Assembly (NCBI GenBank): GCA_033442325.1
Contig: JAWQFM010000004.1
Location: forward strand, 1,104,431-1,159,305
Source: Salpingoeca rosetta
Taxonomy: Eukaryota; Protista; Choanoflagellata
DNA: 54,875 nt
Reading direction: 5' to 3'
Shown here: positions 1 through 13,533 of the stretch, one piece after another
Layout: every line of letters begins with the position of its first letter
Numbering within the stretch: position 1 is the first letter of the stretch
Notes under the pieces: generated by a model
Database searches by the model: none
The model's input: only the letters and a program-made list of their open reading frames with translations
What the model was told of the DNA's origin: nothing
Program-made: the position numbers and the translations under genes

Positions 1-392
1 CGCCAGGGTTTGCTGCTGCAGCAAGGTACTGGCATGACAATTCTTCTTCGCTGCCACAGCAGCAGCACAAGCTGCAACGTGGTCTGCGAGTCGAGCGGTT
101 TCCTGCAGCTGACTTTGCATTTGCTCCACATCGACCCATTCACCAGCACACGAGGTTGGTGCTTGTCGTCGCTGTCGTTGCTGCCATTGCTGGCTGTGGT
201 GGTGCTGATGTGCAGGGTGCCCCACTCGTCCTCCTCAATCACCGCTGCATGTGCGAACAGCGTATTGTTGCTGCTGCTGCTGTTGTTGTTGTTGTTGCTG
301 GGGATGGTGGTGTACAGCATGCACAGCAGCGCAAGGAGGGAATTGAGTGTGCTGAGTGTGAGGCAAGCGAAAGAGGAAGGACATCGCCTCAT
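1..392 (-). CDS. 5' part of a secreted protein, paralog of the beta-propeller family at 752 and 13534 (runs off window; apparent 1-nt frameshift near 136)
   Basis: Manual translation from the ATG at 392 gives MRRCPSSFACLTLSTLNSLLALLCMLYTT...AVIEEDEWGTLHIST...PRVLVNG. Adding one G to the GGG run near 136 restores VDVEQMQSQLQETARLA. This matches VMEEDEYGALHINT...PVFVNGVDV of the divergent neighbour. Confidence 0.7.
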   Translation of the reverse strand, partial: MRRCPSSFACLTLSTLNSLLALLCMLYTTIPSNNNNNSSSSNNTLFAHAAVIEEDEWGTLHISTTTASNGSNDSDDKHQPRVLVNGSMWSKCKVSCRKPLDSQTTLQLVLLLWQRRRIVMPVPCCSSKPW

Positions 393-751
393 GACTGTAG
401 GACTGTGAGAGGAGGGGGAGACAGAGGGAGACAGATAGGTGACCTCGTTCTCTCTGCGAGGACCGGGGTCATGGGAAGATGAAGGGGGAGAGATGGTCTG
501 GGGTGTACGCACCAAGCACAAACAAAAGAACAAAAGAACAAGCACAAACACAGCACAGCCAAACGCCTTCTTCTCTGCTTCACTTCTTCCTGCCGTCTGT
601 GCAGAAGGATGATGTACGATTTCCATCACTTCTCCACACCCACACCGAGAACAACAGCAAGGAAAGAAGGAAAGAAGCAGGCATCCAGCAAGCAACAAGC
701 AACAAGCCTACAAGCAAGCCTGCCATCACCAGCTCGCCGTTCACAGTCATA

Positions 752-2067
752 ATGATGATGATGGCTGCCCGCTTCCAACCCCTCCTGCTGTTGCTGGTGC
801 TGGTCGTCGTCGCACGCGTGTGTGGGGGTGTGGTGATGGAAGAGGATGAGTATGGCGCCCTGCACATCAACACCAGCGATCCAGAGAAGGAACCCGTCTT
901 TGTGAACGGCGTGGACGTGGGGAAGATGTTCGAGGTGGTGCAGCAACAGGCCAGCATGTTGGAGGAGCAGATGGGTGTCAACGATGAGCAAGCTGGCAGG
1001 CTGATGGCTCAACAAAGCGTCAATGATGTGCTGAAGGACAAGAATCGAGCCCTTCAACACAGGATCGAGGGATACGTTGCGGCGTTTTGCTGGCGGTTTC
1101 CCGTGTCGCCGTCAACAGACACAACAACAATGGCAAACGTCGGAAAGGCAAATGAGGATTGGATTGGTGGCGTTTCAGCCAGCACCGGGCTCATCTTTGG
1201 TATCCCGTTTCATTCCTCATCTGTGCTGATCATTGATCCTGCAACCAACACGGCCGACACAACCACCATCAGCGGCTTGCCCGAAGGAGGCGCAAAATGG
1301 GGTGGTGGTGTTCTCGGGGGCAACGGTCTCATCTTCGGATTTCCAGCCCATGCGACGTCTGTGCTCATCATTAATCCGTACACTAATGCAGTTGACAGCA
1401 GTTCTCTTGGCGAATTCTCGTCCGGTGGAGGGAGGTGGATCAGTGGCGTGGCTGCCATGAACGGGCTCATCTTCGGCATCCCGTGGCAGACTTCCTTGGT
1501 TCTCGTCATCAATCCAGCCGTCAATGTGACCGACACAATTACCGTCACAGAAACAAGTGCAGTGTCTCGGTGGTTTGGTGGCGTGCAAGCAGGCAATGGG
1601 CTGATATATTGCCTTCCCTATTTGGAAACAAGTGTGCTTATCATCAATCCGACCTCAAAAACAGTGGATACCACCACCATCTCTGGGTTTGCTTCGGGAG
1701 CCAAGTGGCACGGCACTGCATTGGCAGAAATGGCCTCATTTATGGAGTCCCCGACAGTGCCACCTTTGTCCTGATCGTTGATCCAACAGATAACACGACT
1801 GACGCAAGTTCCATTACCGGGCTCTCAAGTAGCAACCGGAAGTGGCGTGGTGCAGTGCTGGCTCGAAACGGAAACATCATTGGCATTCCGCGCAGCACGG
1901 GGTCCGCACTCATCATTAACCCAACGTCCAACACGGTGGATGACACGTCACTGGAAACCCAAGCTAGTGGCGAACAATGGCATGGGGGTGTGCTTGCCAC
2001 CAACGGCCTCATCTATGGCATCCCACACAGCTCATCAGATGTCCTCATCATTGATCCAGGCTGCTGA
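752..2067 (+). CDS. Secreted, intronless 7-repeat beta-propeller protein with N-terminal coiled coil; frameshift near 1728 (pseudogene or homopolymer error)
   Basis: Signal peptide ([19 protein letters not shown]), Q/E-rich helix, then seven ~45-aa repeats W.GGV.A.NGLI(F/Y)GIP....VLII(D/N)P.TN. The repeats are split between ORFs 479..1774 and 1435..2067. 'gcagaaatggc' needs one more A to read AENG. Ends IIDPGC*. Confidence 0.85.
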
Positions 2068-2707
2068 TTGTCTTGAGTTGCTGTGTGTGCGTGCGTGTGT
2101 GTGGTGCGTGCGTGTGTGTGATTTCGTTTGTGGAAAGGGGGGGGGTCGATGAGGCTTCACAAAACTGTATGGTTGCTGGGTGCAGTTCTTGTCATCGAGT
2201 CCGAGGCTGTGAGCCCGCAGGAGTGCAATTGTAAGCTCGGAGTGTATGTTCAGATAAGAACAAGAATAAACAAGGACACTCAGCTCGCAGAGCATAAGTT
2301 GTGGCACAACACACAAAACGACTTGCAACGACTGATGATACGTGAACACAGTGAACAACAATCGGAACACAGATGAAGTGAGCAGTGATAGGAGTAGACC
2401 GGCTGCACCGATTGCTACAATCGTGAACAATGAGCCTGCTGCTGCTGCTGTCAGCACTCCAGCTCCTCGTCTCCTCAGCGCGTGAAAGCGTTTTTCTCTT
2501 GGCAAGCACTGCTGGGTGTAGCGGTGTGGGGTTGTGTGTTACGCGGGTCTCACTGAGTCAGCAGGTAAATGTGGTCAGAGTCAACAGAGTCAAGGCTTGA
2601 TTGTTTTGTCCCAGTTGGGCAGGGATTCAAATTTCAAATCACGTCATTTCTTGCGTCCACCTTTCAGCCCTTCCAACGTCAACAACAACAACAACAACCA
2701 TAGAACC

Positions 2708-3456
2708 ATGCCCAAGGGAAACAACGAAGAGGAACAACTGGAACAACCTACAGAGCTGCAGCGCCTGTGCAGCCAAGATGAAGCGTTCAAGCCTCTCCAC
2801 CCATTTCTCAAGACCTACCGCAGCGCTGACGTTGCCTTTGCTGATCCGGAGTCACTTGCTGATCCGTTTTCACCACGCCCGCATTTGCACGATGTGGCTT
2901 TGCGGTTCTTCCAGCTCTACTGCTCAGAGCACGACGAGATTGCCGACTTGGACAAGGATCGAAAGCAAGCACTGTCACCAACGAACACTGTGCCGCGGTG
3001 GAATACGCTCGACGTCTCAGCCCGCTACATATCATCCAAGATCAACCTTCGCGGGGAGAAGCAAATCTCTTCTCTCAAGGATGACATCGTGGACTGGCTG
3101 CAGGACATCCCCGACAAGAGCGTCAGGTGCTTGAACATTGCCTTATGCAATCTTCTCGACGGCCCAACTTCTTCAAGACAAGGGCAAGGTGCATGATGAA
3201 GGTCTCATCGTCACGCTCCGTAGTTCCCGCTTCCATGCCGACTTTGATGGGCTCAGAACACTTGTCCAGCACTGCCAGCTCGTGGACATCTGCAGCACAT
3301 CCATGGCCTCCGTCGACAACAAGGACCAGTTTGCGCAGTTGTGCAACGATGGGCTGCTCAGCAAAGTGCTCTTCATATCGGTCCACTTCCGTCGCGATGC
3401 TGCGGTCCTGGACATGTTTGGCGAACGCGATGCGGAGGAATTGTGTTGCTGCGCGC

Positions 3457-3510
<54 letters not shown>

Positions 3511-3528
3511 TTTTTTTTAGTCAAGTGA
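2708..3528 (+). pseudogene. Unknown protein with degenerate LRR-like segments; frameshift/deletion near 3162; 3' end uncertain
   Basis: Coding-like ORF MPKGNNEEEQ...VRCLNIALCNLLD continues in another frame as AQLLQDKGKV...LVDICSTSMASVDNKDQF...LSKVLFIS and runs into a (GC)n(GT)n tract. Confidence 0.5.
3451..3509. repeat. (GC)~10(GT)~20 alternating purine-pyrimidine tract, potential Z-DNA
   Basis: Directly visible gcgcgc... followed by gtgtgt... Confidence 0.9.
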
Positions 3529-3989
3529 ACTCGTCAGAAGTTTTAATATGCGGCCCGACGGTTCACTTAAGTTTTTAATATTAAGAATCCTAGCGCAGAA
3601 CTTTGGTTCTTGCTAGGGAAGCGCCTATAAACAATTCATGCTCGACCCAGGATGACGTGTATCATTTGGTAGGAAGAGTTGTACTATTTGCTACAAAACT
3701 AACTTCTCTTGAATGTAACTCTGTAATCTACAATACCTGGGGGAGCGAGCCGGCTTAGTTTCTGCATGATAGTACCGATAGTGTCCTAGGTATTTGTTGG
3801 TTACGAGCGTCGCATAGACCGTCATTAAAGCCATTAGGTTCAGCCGGCCCTGTCTGGCGGCGCAAAAGAGAAGTGAACCTCCGAGGTTTAACCATCACGT
3901 TACGGAGCTTAAGTAGGTGCGTCTAGTACCCCCATCATATAATTACTAAGATTGTTACGTAACTTTACGTTATCTTAAAATCTTCGCAA

Positions 3990-3990
<1 letters not shown>
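3510..3990. ncRNA. Candidate structured RNA or foreign non-coding insertion of unknown family
   Basis: ~44% GC by hand count of 3541-3960, TA/TAG/TAA-rich unlike the host sequence, no long ORF. Consecutive stems: AAGTGAAC-T-CGTC/GACG-GTTCACTT (3523-3568); CCTAGC..AGAAC/GTTCT.GCTAGG (3589-3617); GCTC..CCCAGG/CCTGGG.GAGC (3640-3746); AGGTTCA/TGAACCT (3836-3880); CTCCG/CGGAG (3879-3907); TAAGAT..ACGTA/TACGT.ATCTTA (3947-3977). Confidence 0.5.
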
Positions 3991-4030
<40 letters not shown>

Positions 4031-4282
4031 AGGCGAGTGTGCTTCCACTTGCCGTGAGAACCGTGTACTGGGATGTGCAAACTCTCCATCACGGCGACCG
4101 GAGTGGTGGAACCACACTGCTCATTCCAGGGCATAGAGGAGGACGACGTTGATGTGCTCTGCGCGTTGCGTCTGCGCTGTTGGCGTCGTCGTCTCCGACT
4201 GCGTCTGTTCTTGGCACCTCGTGCATGGTGCAGCGCAATCTGCCACGATGCCGAGTGCTGCTGTTGCTGGATCTGCTGGTGG

Positions 4283-6909
<2,627 letters not shown>

Positions 6910-7199
6910 CCAACCAGTGTGCCTTTGTTTTCTGTGTCTTGTTGGCGAAAAGTGGCGCTCACATCAACAAAACGCACCGCGCTGTTTGTTTCCTTCTCTG
7001 CTTGCCATGCTGACAGAGAAGGATTCCTTCTTTGCTTGCCTTGTTGTTGACAGAGAAGGAAAATCCTTGCGTTTCTGGCAACACCTGCCACCCGATTTGG
7101 AATTGTGCCCTCACACACAAGCAAGACGATTGGTGGGTGTAATTGTCACTTTTCGTTCGGGCACCTTCAGCAGAAACAAACCACAACACAACAACAGTG

Positions 7200-10100
7200 A
7201 TGGATGAAGTGGATGTGCGGACAGCAGTTGGGGCGGCTTTGACGGCCGTGGTGGGGGTGTCTCTTCTGTGGCTGATGTTTCTGTTGGGGCGCAGAAAGTC
7301 GCGTGAGCAGTTCCAGCACATCACCACCAACCACCCATCATCACTTCTTCTTGACAGTGTTGTGGCACTCACACAGACACAAAGCAGTGATGAGACTGTG
7401 GAAGAGGACACGAGTGATGGTGAAGCAGTGCGGTGGAGGTGGTGGCAGCGGCAGGACAACCAGCTGGACGTGATGGAGCAGTTGATGCAAGAGGCAGGCT
7501 TGCAACATCACATCAAGGAACTCCTTCGATCTATCGCATGCGATGAACCTGCGAGAGATATAGAGTGTGTTGCAATGTGACTTGCCGGGTTTGCATCATC
7601 ACCGTTGTGCACATGCAAGCAGTCCTGCATGACATCTCCTGCAAGCGGTCCAATCATGTAATCAATGCTGTAGCTCGTCACTGGCCTATTCCGCGCCTTG
7701 CACGTTTGAGAACTGACTGGTTTCAACCAAACGCCTATTTTGCAGGCTGGTCGGAACGACATTGGGAACCAAAGGCGCACAAAGCTTGGCAATTGCATTC
7801 GACAGGAGAAACAACAAAAACATCGAGGTTCTGAGGTGAGCACGCCCACAGGCGTGTTGTGAGTGTTGCGATTCCAAGATATGACGCTTGCGATGTGTTT
7901 CCTGGGCCATCTCCAGTGTGCAGTGTGTGGTGGTTCGTGCCTGTAGTATTCATGTGCGCGCACGCTTGCACGTCCGGACACACGGACACGGACATGGGCA
8001 CACACACACGGACACACATACGCACACACGCACGCACGGACACACACACGCACACCCACACACACACGCACGGACACACACACGCACACACGCACACACA
8101 CACACACACACACGGACACTTGCGTTCCTGTCGTGTTCAGGTTGTACGATAACCTGATTGGATCTGAGGACTGCGTCATGTTGGCTGACGCCTTGCAAGG
8201 ATACACCGATCTACGAGAGCTGCAGTCAGTCAATTGAGTGCAGTGCATACGTCGCAGTCATCCCAAGTGTGATCAGTGAGGGAACAAGGCACGCGACACG
8301 GTGATGGGCTTTCTTGTTGAGATTCTTTCCCGACCACCGGCCATTCTCCTTCTCACGCCTTCGTGTATATTGCCATTGGTGTCACTCTTTGCAGCATTGG
8401 GAACAACCCGATTGGACCTCAAGGCTGTCAAGCGTTGGCCACGGCTCTGCGTGACCACTCAGGACTGCAGGAGCTTCTGTGGGTTTCACCCGTGTGTCAA
8501 AATCATGCGTGGGTCATGCTTGTGATTTGCTCTCCCTGCTTCTCTGGCGCCTTACGTGTTGTTGTGGTGCATCACAAATTCCATCACAATCACCATGCAA
8601 GCGGCTCATCATAACTACATCTCGGCCGCCTCGCCTGCTTTTGTCTTGAATCCACGCGCATGTTCTCTCGACTTAGGCTGATCAACGTTGGCGTTCCTGC
8701 TGCCCACGCAGTTGGTGCAGGGTGGCCAGAAGCACGGGACGTCCAGTGGTACATGTGCGTTCACAGCTGCGGCGCTTCTTCATGCTCTGTCGTGTGTTGT
8801 ACCTGCATTCCTCGCCCTTATGTGGATGAACTCAATTTTCTTTGGTCTGGGCTGGCACTTCTAGGTCGGAGGAACGAGAATTGACACGCGGCGTTGAACG
8901 GGAAAAGCAAGGTAAACCCTCACAAGTTGGTGTTGGTGTTTGTTTTGTGAGCGGCCTTGTACACTGCTCTCATGAGCTCGTGACACGGTAAATACGTGAA
9001 CGTCACTGTGTCCCCCTTGTGTGGGAAAGGAACTGGTCAGGCCCTGTCATGGTCTGCACATGCTGACGAGGACGCACATCCGATCGCTGCCTACACGTTC
9101 TGTTTCAGCTCTGCCTGGGGTGACTTGTTTTAATCGCCTCGGACAATGTGTGCCCACTCAGCAAACCTGCTTCTTCACCGCTCTTGTTTCATGTGCGCTG
9201 CTTCAGGCGACCAGCTCGCAGGACATGCGGATGCTATGAACTCGAAGGACGAAACAATCAGGCAGCTCCGTGAGTGCCGATGCATGCTGCGAATTGCCTG
9301 TGCCCTCTGAGTGACCTCGAGTGACTCTGTGGCACCACTCACACGCCTGTGTTTCATGTGCGCTGCTTCAGGCGACCAGCTCGCAGGACATGCAGATGCT
9401 ATGAGCACGAAGGAAGAAACAATCAGGCAGCTCTGTGAGTGCCGATGCATGCTGCGAATTGCCTGTGCCCTCTGAGTGATCTCGAGTGACTCTGTGGCAC
9501 CACTCACACGCCTGTGTTCTGTGTCTGCTTTGCTTCAGGCGACCAGCTCGCAGAACATGCAGATGCTATGCGCACGAAGGACGAAACAATCAGGCAGCTC
9601 CGTGAGTGCCGATGCATGCTGCGAATTGCCTGTGCCCTCTGAGTGATCTCGAGTGACTCTGTGGCACCGCTCACACGCCTGTGTTTCATCTGCATTGCTT
9701 CAGGCAACCAGCTCGCAGAACATGCAGATGCTATGAGCACGAAGGACGCAACAATCAGGCAGCTCAGTGAGTGCTGATACATGCTGCGAATTGCCTGTGC
9801 CCTCTGAGTGACCTCGAGTGACTCTGTGGCACCACTCACACGCCTGTGTTTCGTCTGCATTGCTTCAGGTGACCAGCTCGCAGAGCATGCAGATGCTATG
9901 CGCACGAAGGACGAAACAATCAGGCGGCTCCGTGAGTGCCGATGCATGCTGCGAATTGCCTGTGCCCTCTGAGTGACCTCGAGTGACTCTGTGGCACCAC
10001 TCACACGCCTGTGTTTCGTCTGCATTGCTTCAGGTGACCAGCTCGCAGAGCATGTAGATGCTATGAGCACGAAGGACGAAACAATCACACAGCTCCGTGA

Positions 10101-11817
10101 GTGCCGATACATGCTGCGAATTGCCTGTGCCCTCTGAGTGATCTCGAGTGACTCTGTGGCACCACTCACACGCCTGTGTTTCGTCTGCATTGCTTCAGAC
10201 GACCAGCTCGCAGAGCATGCAAATGCTGCGAACACGAAGGACGAAACAATCAGGCAGCTCCGTGAGTGCTGATACATGCTGCAAATTGCCTGTTCGCTCT
10301 GAGTGATCTCGAGTGACTCTGTGACATCACTCACACGCCTGTGTTCTGTGTCTGCTTGGTCTGGAAGAACACCAAGTGCAGGAGAGCACGGAAAAGCTTG
10401 CGCGAGCAACAGGTACTTTTTTTTTTTTCATCTCCTCTGCCTACATATTTGCCTGCCTGTGTTGTCCTTGTTCATAATTCTCTCACGCCTGGCTGTGTTT
10501 CCCTTCTTTTCGTAGAGTCCCTCTTCAATCTCGACCTGAATCCAGCCCGCTTCGAGGAGAAGAAACGCGCAAAAGACCACGAAGGCAAGCCCATCAAGGG
10601 CGCATTTGGCAAGCTATATCGCAGCACGTTTGCTGGGCACGACGTGGCGCTGAAGGAAGTTGACGATGTTGAAGAGCGACCACGACTGCAGCACCTGCTG
10701 GAAGCAATGAGCGACACAGCAACTTCAACATCAACAGCAGCACAGTCGCGTGTACCTGACAAGCGTGTGCTGAGAGAGGTGGCCGTCCTTGCCTCACTTC
10801 GCCATCCAAACATCGTGCCTTTTCTCGGGCTGTGTCATGACAGCGATCGCAGCACGCTTGCCTTCGTGCTGAGCTGGGCAGAGAACGGGTCCCTGTACGA
10901 CTACATCCACGTACACAAGAAACACATCAGCAACGTCGAGAAGCTGCGCATCTTGAGCGAGGTGGCGGCTGCGATGGAGTTCCTGCACGCCCACGACGTC
11001 GTGCACCGCGACCTCAAGTCGCCCAACGTGCTGCTGGACGCATCGCTCTCCGCCAAGGTGGCGGATTTCGGCCTGAGCGCGTTCGTGCCAGAATGCGTCT
11101 GTGGTGTCGAAGGTGGTCGGCACACCGCTGTGGGCATCACCGGAGCAGTTGTTGGAGCAGCCATTGCGAGCTGACACGGACGTGTTCTCATTTGGCTGCA
11201 TTATGTGGGAGGTGTGGTTTAACACCAAACCCTGGCACCACGGGGAGTACAGCGGGGAACGCATCTCCGGACGAACGCTTGGCGACAAGTACGACAAACA
11301 TGAGTACCTGCCGCTTGATGTTGAGGAGGGGCGGAAAATGGAAGGCGCATTTAAGGCGCTGCTCCGTGGGTGCTTCCAGTCGAGCGGCAATCGTGTTGGG
11401 TTCTGTCAGTTGCACACGGCCCTGAAGGCGCAACACGACGCTGGCGACCGGCTTTCTCAAATTGGCGAGAAGAAACAGCAGGAGCTGCTTCACGGACCAC
11501 CAGATGCGGTGTGGAAGTTTCCACAGCAGCTGCTGGCCGCGGTGCAAGCGACGGAGCTGTCGACGCGCCAATCCGTCCACATTGCACCACTTCAACCTGA
11601 CGAGGACGCCGTCACTGAGGTTTGTGTTTGTGTGTGTGTGTGGGGGGGGGAGTTGTCATGTGTTCTTCGTGTTCTTTGTGTTCTTCGTGTTCTTTGTGTG
11701 CTTTGTGTGCTCGGTGTGCGTGCGTGCGCGTGTCTTGCTTCTTCACAGTGCACTCAACGACCCCATCTCAGCTTGGTGCTGGCATCTTGCTCTTCGCCCT
11801 TCTCACTTTGGAATCCA

Positions 11818-11887
<70 letters not shown>

Positions 11888-12811
11888 TCACTCGCACACA
11901 CACTCACTCGCACACACACACATATGTGCACCCTGCAGCTCCTTCACGCTGCTGGTGGCCGGACCGCCCAGCAGAATCCGCTTTGCCCTTTCGGCCGCAC
12001 GTTGTGCTGCGTCGCCATCACGTGGTGCGAGCAGAAGCTCGTCGCCTTCAACGGCGCCCTGCACCGCAACAACACCCGCTATCGTGGCCACCTCACCAGC
12101 GCCGGCCACCCGTTTGCGCCCAAATACGCCCACGACACGTTAACGGGCCAGGCAACAGATGCCGAGGAGCGGGCGGTGCTGGAGCGCGTCACCCGTTCTG
12201 GCCGTCCTGGCGTTTACAACGTGCTTGACACGTCGCGCCTGTACAACATGCTTGACGCGAACTGCGTGGACAAAGATCCGCCCATTCGCCTCCAGCGCGT
12301 GTTCCATGGTGTGAGATCCCTTGAGGCCGTTGTTGGCATCCTGGGCGGTGACTTTGCACAACTGCAGACCCAAGGTGCGAAGTTTGGTGCGGGCTGTTAC
12401 TTCACGCCAGACCTTGACTACGCCCTCGCTTACACTTCGCGCTGCCGGCCCAGGCACTCTTCTCCACCTGAACTGCACTGCCTCAAGCTTGAGCCAGGCA
12501 AAGCCTACCGCGTTGTTCTGGCGTGCGATGTCATGTACGGCAACCCGTATCCTGTGACGCACAAGAGCCTTCACCCCACCCGACGACATGACCCGGAACG
12601 GAAATGGCGGTCGTTCCGTGATCAGCCCCTCATCTCCAGACACGACGCTCACGTGGCAGTCATTGATTTCACCAGTGGCGACATTCGACATTCACAGCCG
12701 TTCCACCCACACACGCAGTGGGACCAGGGCGGCAATGTGTCGGCTGCGGAGATCGTAGTGACAGACCCTTCGTGCGTCCTTGTTCGAGCCGTCCTTGTGT
12801 TTGAGGCGTGA
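7200..12811 (+). CDS. Membrane-anchored LRR (RI-like) - coiled coil - TKL-group Ser/Thr kinase - PARP-like ADP-ribosyltransferase fusion; frameshift near 11091
   Basis: Exon 1 has a TM ([25 protein letters not shown]). LRR exons at ~7746 ([18 protein letters not shown]), ~8141 ([18 protein letters not shown]) and ~8395 ([18 protein letters not shown]). Seven 63-nt coiled-coil exons follow. Kinase exon has [23 protein letters not shown], then GTPLWASPE and DVFSFG in a shifted frame. A phase-0 intron 11620-11938 joins a final exon with FHG, GAGCYFT and AEIVV (H-Y-E triad). Confidence 0.85.
9170..10345 (+). repeat. Tandem array of seven ~165-bp exon+intron units (63-nt exon, ~102-nt intron)
   Basis: Exons start at 9207, 9372, 9539, 9704, 9869, 10034 and 10199, each flanked by CTTCAG| and |GTGAGT. 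Consensus peptide is [20 protein letters not shown]. Confidence 0.93.
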
Positions 12812-12886
12812 GTGTTTCGAGTACGCGAATGTGTGCTTGAAGTCTTTGGGCGTGTGTATTGCTTCTGTCTGTGTGTGGGGGTGTGC

Positions 12887-12937
<51 letters not shown>

Positions 12938-13533
12938 TGCGTGTGCGTGTGCGTGTGCGTGTGCGTGTGTCAATGCTGTAATTTGTAGGTCATTGCTGTG
13001 CGTGCTTTGCATCCTGTCCGCCACTGAAGTTCGTTCATTTCCATCAGTCCTCGTCTGTTCTGCTTGTTTGTTTGTGTGGACACCATTCCCATCTCCACTG
13101 TCCCCGCATACGCTGCTTTTTCGGTGCCACCGCAATCTCTTTTCCATCCCATCCCCTCCCCTCCCTTCACTTTGCTTCGTATTTCTTCTTCCGTCTTTGA
13201 GAATCCACTTCATCTCCATCGCATTTCGTTGACGCGCGCGTTTCTTCCTCTTGTTCCCGTGTTTAGTTGCTTGTCGTCTACCCATAGAATGTGTGGTGTT
13301 TGTTACATGTGGCGTGTTCTGTTTTACTTTGCTTGCCTGGTTTGATTAAACAATGAGTGAGAAGCGATGTCTCATCCCACCACCATGCCAGAACCACACA
13401 AAGTCCTGGTTCAGGATCATTGAACGAAACATGCGTGAGGTTGTCGTTGCGCACTGTTGCCTTTGGCTTGAAAAGTCGTGCAATTCTTTCGCAACTCTTC
13501 CCGACTTCACAAACAACAACCCACTGCAACAAA

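Noticed and set aside
1720-1740. Conserved programmed ribosomal frameshift in the propeller genes
   Set aside because: The two paralogs need opposite shifts (-1 versus +1), and there is no shared slippery heptamer.
3511-3570. Hammerhead (CTGACGA), group II intron domain V, group I R element or integron attC reading of the first hairpin
   Set aside because: GAAA does not follow stem II, the AGC triad and D5 geometry are absent, there is no S element, and the core sites do not fit RYYYAAC/GTTRRRY.
3745-3850. HDV-like ribozyme suggested by the GGCCGGC/GCCGGCT helix on the minus strand
   Set aside because: The P3/L3 and P1.1 elements are not present; the match is largely due to the palindrome GCCGGC.
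9170-10345. CRISPR-like or minus-strand coding interpretation of the 165-bp array (ORFs 9175..9507 and 9504..10409 on the minus strand)
   Set aside because: There are no unique spacers and no cas genes. Canonical splice sites on the plus strand explain the unit, and the minus ORF stays open only because 165 is divisible by 3.
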